Origin: Trichoplax adhaerens
Taxonomy: Eukaryota > Animalia > Placozoa
Length of the DNA stretch: 64,000 nt
Direction of reading: 5' to 3'
Assembly: GCF_000150275.1 (NCBI RefSeq)
Contig: NW_002060944.1
Coordinates: 2,456,152 to 2,520,151 of the forward strand
The translations under genes were made by a program, and so were the position numbers. Shown here one piece after another: positions 26,401 through 39,300 of this stretch (positions are counted from its first letter, which is position 1; each line of letters starts with the position of its first letter). The notes beneath the pieces were generated by a model, which was not told where the DNA came from, searched no databases, and saw nothing but the letters and a program-made list of their open reading frames with translations.

Positions 26401-29400
26401 ACAGTTAATACTGCAATGTGTAACGCGATGGAGTAAGCAAAACGTCTGTTTTGGTATGATTTGCACTTTATGAACTATAGATTTAATAAAATTCTATACA
26501 TTTTTCCTGCAACATCTATGACTCAAGGCAAATGACATCAATTAATATTGCATTATTGTTACTGTTTGGACTATTTATTAAGATCATTCAGCAAGATAAG
26601 TTATTTCAGTGCAATTAATTGCATTTCATTCTATTTTAGATAAGTAATTAATAACTATAATCAAATTAATTAGCGTATTATTATAAAGAGCATATTGTTA
26701 CGTGAACTTACTATATCGTCGTAGTAATAATTATACTGTATCCCAAGTAAACAATTCTTATTATGCTATATGACGTCAATAACTCAATAAAGTTGTTATT
26801 TATTATACTACGTACGACGCACCATAGGCTGTAGATGCATAAGTTTGGCAGCATAGTTTTTCTGTATAAATCGCATCATAAAATTGCCTTTTTTCAATAT
26901 CGACATTTCGATCAATACGTGATTGCAAATGCCAGACGTAATCTTGAGGAATGAACACTGTCGAACATGAGTCATACAAAATTCAATGATGTGATTAAGA
27001 TTGCCAAAAAATAAATATCTAGAAATTAGTAACTAGAAAGATTTCGTAAACAATTAATTGAGTTAATTAAACATTGGCTACGTGTAGTTAACATTTACTG
27101 CAAATTTAATTGTAAAAATAAAGTCACTAAACTATTTACATTTAACTCAGGTAACACAAACCATAACATTTTGCATAATCAGCTAGAACAGGCATTTAAA
27201 AAAATAACATGAGATTTATTCGATCCTGCTTATCCATTTGATAAATATAGAAACAGTACGGTAATGGTAGTAAGATAAATTTTTTGATACAGTGCTCTCG
27301 GATTAAAGTCAAATTTTTTTGTTTTGTGATCAGTATTAATTATATGACAAGAGGTTGACATAGAAATTCAAAATAAGGTAATATTCTTCACTTTTAATAG
27401 GTTACTCTAGAATACTTTTTAGATAACTCAATAACCTTACAACTTTGATATTCTTTCATTCAGTCTTTGTTAGTTTACTTGATTGTATCAGTCAATTTGT
27501 ACTTGCTATACTATTCATTTTGCAATACTTACTGATATCATGCAGCTTTACTAGATGCATACTATATTTCTTCCAAAGTTGGTTTACGGTCATATGTACG
27601 TATATCTTCAATCATATTGCCGAAAAACTAAAAATAAACAAGTAATGTTGATCTTGACCAGTTGCAATGAAAGCTCCAATCATTTTTAATCATTTCGAAT
27701 TTTTATTACTAATTAATGAAAGATAATTTTGCCGCATTAGAATTTTTATTGACAACGATTAAGAATTTATGTAATATAGTACCGGCTGTACAGCACATCT
27801 TCATTTTAGCACATCTTGTAACCGCAACATGAATTGTGACAAAAGATATGAAAATATTGCTATTCTAGGAATAAAATTATGATATTTCGTGATAACTGAA
27901 GCGTTCCATTTGCGTCATTAATACGCACTTGCCTATCAACTTCCAAATTCTAGCTTTTTTGTAATTAGATTGCGTACAAGTTCGTTCCTAAATTGCTATA
28001 ACAGTCTCAATTCAAGAAGATCCGCGGATTTTATATCCTAGCAATCGAAAGTATAAATTTTTGAAAGACGTTTACGTATTATAATATGATTAAGAACCAA
28101 TTTTGAAGTTAATGGAATTTGCTTTAGACTTAAGGGATTTAGTAAGATGGCACTTAGTATTAGTTTAGATTAGCTACTGATAATATTGCCTCTAAGATAA
28201 AAATGAAAATAATAAAAATTATGACATAAATAACTAAAAATAGAATTTAATGTGGTGTAGTACTTATTAAGTAGCTTTAATTGCGCTATGTAGGTTGTAA
28301 TACTTTTTATTCGGTATAGTATTGACGTCAGTGGACCTGATAATGCGTAAATTAAAGGTCCTTAATCTATTGATGAATTGTTACCCTTATAGTAATGAAT
28401 GTAATTAAGGCGATAGCAATGACATACTAAATTTTATATATTAAGTAAGAAATTTTATATGCTGAGCATAGAAAATGAAAGTTGAAACAGGTTTTGGAAT
28501 ACAAAAATGAATATTTAAGCTAAATCGAAGCTATAAGACTCTTACATAATTGTATCAATTTTATGATTTTGTAGTATCCAGATAATAAATTATTATCCAC
28601 GTTAATGTAACAAACAACATCTAATAATAATTATATATATATAGATAATCAATAGGATTGCAGGTAATACTTGAAAATATGCTAAGACTTCATGGTATAA
28701 TAGTGCTTAGAACTGATCAGAAATGTTACTTCTGTAATTATTTACGGCTGTATTTCGAGGTTAAGTAACTTAATTGGAAAGAGCTCTAGTATGTTTTATG
28801 CTTAAAACATAAACTTGCCTACTGTTCCATAAATATCATTATACATTACAGAAGAATATCTTTCATGATCCTTACTGGAAAGTAGCGAAAACAATTACGA
28901 TATTGTTTACCAATAGTGAAAATAAATATTTCCTATACAGGCATAGCATGATATGACTAGTCTGATATCGAGTAAGTGCTAAATTAGATTATATTGGTAA
29001 AAATCTTTTAGTCCGGGCATGCCATATACAAGTTTTTGAGATAGTTTTTGGTTTAATTAACAATTGTTACTTTTCTTACCTTTCCTTGACTTCTATTCAT
29101 CATTTAACTTGAGTATAGCTGCGATTGAAACGATCTTTACTTAATAACAATACACTATCGAAAGCTGGGCTAATAAATATTGTAAGGGTTATAGTCCGGA
29201 TTTATGTGCATACTGTACCCATCGTCGGATAACGAGCTTTCTAATAAATTTGAGAACTACAATTTTGATAAATTCTTTCATTTTAACAGTACAAAACTTA
29301 AGATCAAAACTATATTGATATAGCTTTTTAAAGCTACTATACATTAGTGTGTGAGTTGTTTGATTGATTTTCTCTATTCGATTTTATTGATACGACAGAA

Positions 29401-31927
29401 TATTGTCACGTTAATTAAATGAACATAACCTTCAAATATTATTGTTGTCATGCTTTAAGGCGTACTTATTTGATTTCTGTAATTATGTACATATTTTTTT
29501 GGTAATTCTTTGATCTCAGATCAATACTAAACACGATTGGAATGATTTCAAACTGATAATTATTCAAGCGGTAATGAAGTAAGGACTGTATTTTATCGTC
29601 CTATTCTTCTCTAACACCCATGTTTTCATCTTAAAATGTCAAACACAGATAAAGTCTATGCTCACAGGGAACAAAAAATTGTCTGACATTGATAACGTGA
29701 TCAGTTTAAATGACGTATATCTGATCTTCAATGATTTAGTCTTTTGATGCTATTGTTTTCGCTATTCATAATGTTTATTATTGGCTACAGTAATTAAAAT
29801 TATCTAATTTTATATTTACGACGTTTTTATAATAAATTCAAAGTATGACTCAGAGAGTTTCATGAGTTTTCATTGTATGAGGGCTTCATGTTACGAAATT
29901 ATCGCGGAACTAGTCTGATTAAGTTGATTGCGATTGCATTGTAACTACTCGTAAGATTGAAGACGCTGAATTAATCTATATTATTCCATGTATGGTTGGA
30001 GAAGGCAATAAATAATTAGTTACGTTTTTGGTTAGAAATAAAGATAAGATTTTTTCTGCAAATAATTCGGGATTTTGATGCAGTTTAGATCAAGATATAT
30101 ACAAGCTGATCTATGCTTAAGGTTAGTTAGCTAAAGCAAGAACCTAAAATTAAACTAATTAATTCATTTTAGAAAATTTCTTGTAAGTTAAAAAAATACG
30201 ATTAAATATATACCACAAAATGAGAGGCGTGCTGTGTAATTCTGAGAATTTATTATTTTGAAATATGTATGGTGGTGTCAGATGTATAATATTTCCTAGT
30301 GCTTTTATTCCAGTTTGACAGACGATCCATAGTCATAGTGTAGGTTTGCACTTTAACACAATCTAGATGAATGCATATACCATTCTTCGAGTAGGTTAGA
30401 GGAACAGGCTTTATTACTAGTAGTTCGTTAACATCCTGTACGTCCCAAATAACGGATTAACGACAATAAAAATTAATAAATATTTTTATGCTTGCTAAGG
30501 TTAAGAATTGTATCTTTGAATAATTTGTTTTTTAAATTAATGAATTAACTGGTATTCCTACGTATAGCATCGCTTGGCTATGCTTTGACAAGCATTTTTT
30601 AAGTGTGAAATATTTTGTCATAGGTATACTTAACCACTAATTAAAATTGAATACAACGTCGTAACAGATAAATTTTTAGTAGACAAAATTTGTATTTGAT
30701 GGTTATAGATATCTACTGACTAGAACAGTAATTGGGATGATTTTAATATAAATTACATAATTGAATTATTGATAGCGATTATATTTGCAAGTAAACAGGT
30801 AAAATTGGGTCACCCAACATAGTTTTAACTCTATAATCAATATGTAGGTAATATAATGGGTTATATAATCGTAGGACTGGAACGCAATGAGAGACATTAA
30901 TTTTTAATACAGTAAATACCTAAAGATGATTAAGAACATAACTTTATTTTACTGGTAAAAATTAATCATGCTAGAAATAACTTAGCCCATGTGATAATCG
31001 ATAATATTAGCTCTAAATTCGCTTACATATCTCGTAAATTTAAAATAAGTTATACGAAGAATTACGAAATCTTGTAGTAACGTTACTATAACTAAAAATG
31101 TTGGAGATTGTGCTCAATTCTGACCAACGCGAAAAAGCTCCACTGCTGTAGACAAAGATGAATTGTGAATCGTTTAGGAGATTTATAAGATTCTCTCGGT
31201 AAAATATAAATTCTTGAATTTATCATCATAACGAGACTTAAACTTATGTAAATTTGTAGTGGCTGGTTGTGATAAAGTGTTTTTGAAATACTAAAGCTAG
31301 AACTGGCATTTCTTGTAAGTTTTACTGCATTGCATAAAGTTGGTCCTTCTAACAATACCAAAGACTATCTTTACCTTCAGTTTAAGACTGTCTAACTTAT
31401 TACAAAAGATCCATAATTTATATGCAATTGCTTACAAGATTATACTTAGCATCTCAATCACATCTTGCCGATTAAGTCGCAAGATCAAGATAAATTTACC
31501 ATTGCGCGACGTATTATATATTAATCACATCTTCTTAAAGAGTCATAATGAATTTCATAATGCTATCTTACTTGGAGTAATCTGTTAATATCTAAAAGTT
31601 TTAAGATATTCGTAAAATGTCTATAGCCATAACGCTTACTGTATTTTGTGTACAATCTCATAATTCTTATCTGGAGCTAATTTGGGACTGAACTACGCTG
31701 GTAAGTCCTGAAAAATAAGCAATCATTGATGAAAATGTTATAAATAGAGATTTTTAAACTAATAGTAGGGACTGATTTTGTTAGCTTACAAACATAGTGT
31801 TGCCAAACGTTAATATTTACGATATAATTTAGGTTTCTCAAGGAATACAATCTATCAAATTTAATCAGATTATAAAACTGGTTTAGTTGTTAACTACAAA
31901 CAATATAATAACATACCTAAGGTATTG

Positions 31928-32000
31928 TAGAGACCCTAAATTTTAGGGTCTCTAACCCTAACCCTAACCCTAACCCTAACCCTAAATTTTAGGGTCTCTA
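31928..32000. repeat. Interstitial telomeric (CCCTAA)5 tract enclosed by 13-bp inverted repeats (MITE-like)
   Basis: TAGAGACCCTAAA (31928-31940) and its reverse complement TTTAGGGTCTCTA at both 31942-31954 and 31988-32000, with five CCCTAA units at 31956-31985. Confidence 0.85.
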
Positions 32001-33542
32001 AAAGCTTCGTTCATATGATGAGGTAATACGTTATTCACCGTAAAAGTTCGTTCAGACCACCTGAATGAATCTTAAGGTGTTGTAATTTAGAGCATGAACT
32101 ACTACAAATCACTACTAGTTCATTTTTAGAGTATGATATATGGGCGTGCCATATGCTACTTGACTATTTAAATCTGTAAGCCGTGTCGGTTAATTTACCA
32201 AAGAAAGCACTTATTGAATCTAGGACTAATTCACTTCAGCGTTACGCTTATTAAGGACTTTCATACAAGATTGGCCATTTTGCCATCACCTTAAATATTG
32301 ATCCACTTGACTATCTAATATTATTAATACCCTTATGTTTTCGTAGATGTTCCAATCTATTCTAGAGTATAATACCAATTGCATATTGATAAATATTTCC
32401 ATGTTTTATTTAATTTATGTTATGTGCCGGTGTAGTTGTTACTGCTGTTTATCAAATGCCTCACATATTACCTGAAGAGTAACCCAGTTTCCTATCAAGG
32501 CTAATGAAATTTTCTCACGATTGGCTTGCAAGTTAGTAAAATTAAAATAAACTTGTTTTAAATCTTGGAAACAGTAGAAATGATCGCTTCAAATTGCTGA
32601 AATTTTCTTGGTACCTCTTTATTTCTTATATTTTGATAATACTTATCAATGCTTGGTAATAATATTCTTAAATTTAATAATTATAATTAATTGTTCAAGT
32701 ATTATGATTGTAATATATATCTGATTGAGATAACAAATCGTACATTAGTTAGTAAGAGTTTTTAACTACACTAGCATGGGATTAAATTGTCAAGATGAAT
32801 AGCTTTCGGAAAGCCTTTTAAAATTAGCATTGTTAAGCTAACAATGTGAGATTTCTTGGTTCTCTTCTATGTGAGCGCTGAAGTAATTGTCTTTATTGAC
32901 AAACTGTTACGGGTATCATGAAAACACCATTAATTGATGTTGTACGCGCAATATCTTTGCTTGATTTAGCACCGAGTTGCTGGATAGCTTGAATTCATTT
33001 GGTTTACGACTTTAAATGTGACGAACAAAACTAATGATGCTTTATTATTGATTTTTAAAATACGGATATGTTACGTAAATATCATGTTTGATAAAAGCCC
33101 TTTTTAGGGTTGAATGACTCAAAAAGTAGCCGTTTTTCTCTCTTACTGGGCGAATAATGGTAATGTTACTGAGCCAATTTATATTATTACGAGCATGTAC
33201 GGTAATGCTTGTTAATTCATGTAATTGCTTTTTATATCTGAGAACGGTACATGCGGTATAAGTCGGTGTTAATACCGTATTTTGCGTATCATGTTACCTC
33301 AGTGAAAATTGCAATCGTTCACTTGTATCCCATTGCACATTACCGTACAGTTGGGTATTTTATGTATCTTAAATTTACAAATTTGTTCGACCAATCCTGG
33401 GCTTGCCGTCTGATACTGTAAGCTTCTTTATTATCAAGCCCACTGTTCTCATGGTTAATAAACTTAGATTACTTGCAGTTCAATTAACTGGTGATGTGAG
33501 GCAACGAGTAAGTAGTCTATTTTTCATTGAAAGCGCTATTCA

Positions 33543-33588
33543 ATTATTCATCAAACTTACAAATTCTATTATTCATCAAACTTACAAA
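33543..33588 (+). repeat. Perfect 21-bp direct repeat (period 25)
   Basis: attattcatcaaacttacaaa at 33543-33563 and 33568-33588. Confidence 0.85.
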
Positions 33589-36387
33589 CTCAACACACAC
33601 AGTATTGAGTGAAATACAGGCTTTAATAGCTTTACTAGGCATTGCTGGGGTCTTCGAAAACTAAACTAAAAATTTAAGAATCATCGGAACTTTAATGGTA
33701 CTTGCTACTCATAGCTTATGCTTTTGCTACGTAGCAAATAACTGTTCTACGATTACAGTAGTTTAGCAACTTAGTATGTCATTTTGGCGTAGGTGTTTAC
33801 ACGATCGAGAGAATTTGCTACTATATATAATTAATGAATTATAGCATAATTGTGTACATTTTTACGTTCGTATTTTTAATTTTTCACTAAAGATTTCTTA
33901 ACCTTCTAGTAAACAGCGTATTATACAAGTAAAAGTAATAAAGTACCGATATTATACGTATAAGAATGATGAATTTAATATTTAGGGCTAAAAATATATG
34001 CAATAAATGTTAGGCTACAGTGTAGGTAATAAAGTGCGGTAGAGATTACAAATAAAAATATATTTAAGCAGTTTGCATGTCTTACATTCATCCCTCTTAT
34101 TTAGCGAGATGATTTTTTTGCCGCAATGAAGTAGATACATAACACTATTCAGTAATCCTACAATTTACGAAAGAAATTTAACAGACTTCATAAGCATCTT
34201 TACAGTTTACTTTTCTTTTGTTCTATCATTTTTATTGTCTAGAGATAATGTAAATTTGGTTTAATCCGCGATTCCACTGTAATACTATAAAGTTTAATAC
34301 GTACATTATGTTACATTAAGTGTACTAAGTAACATTTCACAGTTCTATATTATGCACTTATGCTTACTATGCGTGCTATAGATCAATAGAGGCAAGGTTC
34401 AATTATGCAGTATTCGGAGAATCATGATTACTAGTAAACCATTTCTTTTATTATGTCATAGTTGTATTGAGTAATTGAATAATTGTTGTTAAACTGTATT
34501 AATGGACTTGATTTAACCACTATGATGTAGTTGTCGAAGGTCCTTATTATACTACAGACAGATTAGAATTGTATTCATTAATTGCAGTGCGGAAAACTTT
34601 ACAGAATAAGATAATAAATGCAGAATTATGCAGGCATAACAAATCCTGCAATTACTAGTCAAATCTATAACGAAAACGTTGTTATCGTTGAACAGACCGC
34701 ATTTTCATAACTTAAGCGGCTGAAATTTTCGCCGTTACTACCATTTTACTACATTGTACTATACTAGAGGCACAAGAAACTTATTTTTGTCCCAGTTTTG
34801 ATTCATAATTTAATACACATATGTCAGAATAATTATGCTGTATTGTTTTACATAGAGAACGGCATATTAAGTGTTCTATTTTGTTGTTGTTGATCAGCCT
34901 ACATTTTACGCTATCTAATATCGATTCATGACTCATAGAGACGTACATTCTGATCAGCGATCGAACAAATTAAATTCCATTTCAGGTGATGACGGCACTT
35001 TTTGATGTTGGTGATCAAATAGTATACTGCCTGTGTATACCTAGGGTCAAATTACTGTTATTTTAGCGACCCAAATTCATAGAAGTATAAGCTATTTATC
35101 GTCACGTGCAGGGATGGTAACATCATTTTGTTCTATGCAGACAAAATCAATATTACTGGAAAAAAAGTTGATTACTCTATACTATTGTTTAATTAAGGAT
35201 AGTTTTATACTTTTTGGATACAGACAGTTGTCATCGACTATCTATGCCTACATTAGCAGTATTATTCCATTGATGACTTCAGAGACCGCCTTATGTGTAT
35301 GCATAGTAAATTATATGCGTTACCGTTAAACGATTTTTATTTGTTATCATTGTTTTTGTTAAGCGATCTATTCAAATTACTTCTTGTTGTAACGGTACGT
35401 GTATATCATTCTTATCAAAGGCGCAATTCTTTTCTATAAGTAGACAGTAGTATTCTATATCATAATGCATTACTCCAGAAAAGGATTGTATTTAGCCAAT
35501 TTCACATGATAAACCTTTACACTCTAGAAAAATTGTACTGTGATATAAGCTGATCATGATAAAATGCCATTTGCAATATGAGATGCACTGTAAATTATCC
35601 TAGCTACTGCAGATTATTGAAACGGTTCTCTAACAGCTTCTTTTTTCTTGAATGGTAATCAAAGGAAACGTATCGCAGTTGGAAAGTTTTTATTAAAGAT
35701 ACATAACCAAGAAAGAGACAATTAAACGAAAAAGAGTTACAATCATCTCAGTGGATGTACTGTTTTTAGCTTATTACTAAATATCTCAATATCATTGGCT
35801 ACTTACTAGATTTGAATCATTTATTGGTATCTCGCAGTACGTACGCCGCCTATGTAATAATTACTAATGTTAAGCTTGCTTCGAATGGTTCTGCTAGATT
35901 AATTACTAAGGTATGTACTGTTAATCAAATTTATATGGTAGAAGTAGTCAATATAGTTGATATGGTAATTATTTTTTAAGTTTTATTTTCTGTCATTCCT
36001 TTATCTTGGTCTAAACACTATCAATAATTCTGCATGCGTTGAATCGATTGATCAGCAACTACTTAATATCTTCACACAAGATACCTTGAGAGAAGAATAA
36101 CCTGCTACGTTAAAGGAATAGATTAGGGTTTCCGGTAAAAGAAATAGAAATTCACCGTAATTGCGATCATTATAAGCGTCAAGTTAATCAGCTCAAGTAA
36201 ATTTAGTTTTATTTCAAAGTAGTTTAATCAAGTTAAAATAAATTTAACGATAGATATCATACAAAAGACTTAAAGACAGTAACAGCACCGATGAAACGAA
36301 TGTTAGTAATAATGTAGTACAATGAATCGTAGAATAGTAAAATTGCATCTTTGTGAATTTTAAACTACTGTAGTAGAAAGAGCCATC

Positions 36388-39300
36388 ATGAATCTCCCGG
36401 ATAAAGTCCACGGCTGGCTAGAATATTGTGGTAGGTATAAATATCTTGACATACAATGTGTATTGTGTATACGATTTGATAATACTAAGAAATTTTATTC
36501 ACATAAATTCAATTATTCGTTCTTATTATTTTATAACGCTATTTAATCGCTACGTACTTTTTCCAAGTTCACCCTTTTTAAATACAACCTATTTTAAGTC
36601 GGCAGTTTTATTTTATTATAATCCAATAACGATGGAAATGTATTTATTACCGTCTTTTCATAGCTTTTTTATGATCATTTACAGTTGAAAATGGATACAA
36701 CACACTAGTAAGTACAGAGGGATGTTTGGTGTTGTATCATGGTCCATTGCTCTACAGTTGAATTATAGATTATTTACTAACCTCTATACAATTAAAACCC
36801 GGAGGATATGTTATATTGTGATAAAACTACAAAAAGCCAAAATGTCGTTGTATTTAGATATGAAATCGATTACTTAGTGACACAGTTTTCCCTGGGACCT
36901 ATAGAAAGTTGATTTTTATCGATTTGATTATTATCATAAAGTATTTTTAATCAGCAGCGTTGATAAAGTGATGATGAAGATCGAAAGTAATCTTTTTCGT
37001 ATTATCGTATTTATTTTACTTGTAATGAGTAGAAGTCATAATGTTAAATTGACTGATTTACCTTGGACTCTTAAAACTTTGGTAATACGTAATGGATCGC
37101 TACACTATTTCTATGATATTTTTTCCGTTTGTATTTTCTAAGATACGCGTCTTATTAAGATTTATGCTAGAATCTAGTAAATGTTCCAGCAAATAGTTAT
37201 TAAAGACATATTTTTTAGTTCATTCTCCTTCATCAAGTCAATTAATTTTACTGATTAACTCGCATTAAAATGCATTGGAATGCGACCAAATTGTCTTTAA
37301 TTTGGTCTATAGTAAAAGCATGAATGTGTCAACAGTGATCTTAAGTGAATGAATCGATATGAGGATTCCAGTAACGATAGGAATGAAAGCAATTTTGTAC
37401 TAATTTTCTGAGTTACCTGAACCTAGCTCTTATTCGATGTATTATAAGCAGTCTTTATGCATCCCTAGTTCTTTATTTAATGATCATTTATTTACTACTG
37501 GTATTGCAAATTTTGTCTGTACCTTAATCGAACTTGATACATATCGGGTTGGTGATCGAATTGATAAGTTAGTAGTACATTAATGGTGATAAAGTATTCG
37601 TACCCGTGTAGATCGAGAGCTGAAATAAAACAAGATCTTCACATATTATTCAGTAAGAGATAAATTTTTATTTATTATACATTATATTTTTTTGATACTC
37701 ACAAATTAATGATATATTTGACAAATTGGAATGTAATGGAAGATTGAAGAGTATGACAAGGATTTTAAGACATTACCGATTTTCTTATTAGTAATCTTAA
37801 TTCTAAGTTATTAAGAATAGATGTTTAAGGGTTTCAAAGCTCTTTTAAAGAAGTTATTTTCGTCCGGAACAGACTTATGCAAGCTATTAATTCTTAGAGA
37901 TATATGCTTTCTATGTGTTACAAGGAACTTAATTTCTCTCAGTACATGAAATGAAAAACTCTTATTAAGTTTTTGATTTATATCTATGTTGATTTCGTGA
38001 AAATTTCCTTTGAAAGTAGAAAAAGTTTAACACTGCCAATTCTTTGTATGAGTAATTATGCTAGCAGTATTTATATTCATAAATTTTAATCGATAACTGA
38101 AGTATTTTATTTGAAATGAAAGAGAACTTAGGAAGCGGTATCATCAATAATATATCATATTTCTTATATACTATTAAACTTAGACTCTTCTCGCATTCGC
38201 TCTAATCAATGGACTTTAATTTATGTCGTCCTTTTGCCGGTGGAACAGCAATTGCGATTACAACGACAACAGGTAAACGATTTTGAAGTAGATTTCCAGC
38301 TTCTGAAATGTAAGATGGCTTACATGTAATTTCTGTTTTAGCTGTCGAATTATTAGCTGTGAGATAAATATAGCATTTATCAATTCATTATTATAATCTC
38401 GATATTATTTAAATCGATATCTATCTAATTTAAAATAGTGCGACATGAAGGTGGATAAACATTTTGTTTCCTATTTGGAAATTATTATAGAACTAAATTA
38501 GTAACAGTACTTTAATAATGATGTTGACTTTAACAGACGGTTCGAATCATAATTATGGCTAAATACGATCTAATCGTCTACTAGATTTATCTATATATTG
38601 ATTTCTAAATTAGAATATGAATAGAATAGCTATAAATTAATCTGCATAGTAACTGATACTATAAAGTTCCTTGGGTTAAAAGTGTCACAGTAGGAGACCT
38701 AGAATTTTCACATACGTTCTCAACTTCATCGATATTTACAAATATTATAAACCTATCATTACTGACAAACCATGCTCTTCCGTACTAACTTAAATACATC
38801 AGTATGTTAATTTAACATATTTCAACTTCTAAACATGAAGATTACCGGATGATCAAATATGTTTACTAATAAAAAAATTTAGTCCTTTTTATAAATTTCA
38901 ATTAATATGTTACTAGGAATTTATGTTAATGTCTCCAAATTCCTAGATATACTGGTGCTTTTGTCTCGTTTTGTAAAATAATTAAAACCTCCCAATTTTG
39001 TAGGTTATCTTAGCTAAGCATATGTTTTCTGCAGACATTTGTTTAAGCTCAGTGATTTCTGTCATTATTGTGGGTAATAAATTTAGGCAGTGGAAATATA
39101 TTACTGGAATAAGATATGTACTAATTTATCAGTAGCAACGAGTAATCAGTAGTATGAGATCTGCTAGTATATCCTTAAAATTATGGTGTAGATTAGATCT
39201 GTTATTTAAGCGATCGGCTTTACTGCTTTTGTTCACCATCATAGTATAGTACTTTATTTGATCATTTTATTCGTATGGCTAAAATAGATACTTTTTAATA

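Noticed and set aside
27445-35329. Short ORFs in the gene-poor stretch (27445, 31092, 31340, 33403, 35114)
   Set aside because: They have AT-rich, I/L/F-biased random-like translations, with no domain motifs or consistent splice chains.
36685-36707. 23-nt micro-exon candidate in RasGAP intron 1 (TTTACAG|...|GTAAGT)
   Set aside because: Inclusion would shift the frame relative to the next PH exon, whereas exon 1 joins that exon in phase without it. It could only be a poison exon, which is unsupported.
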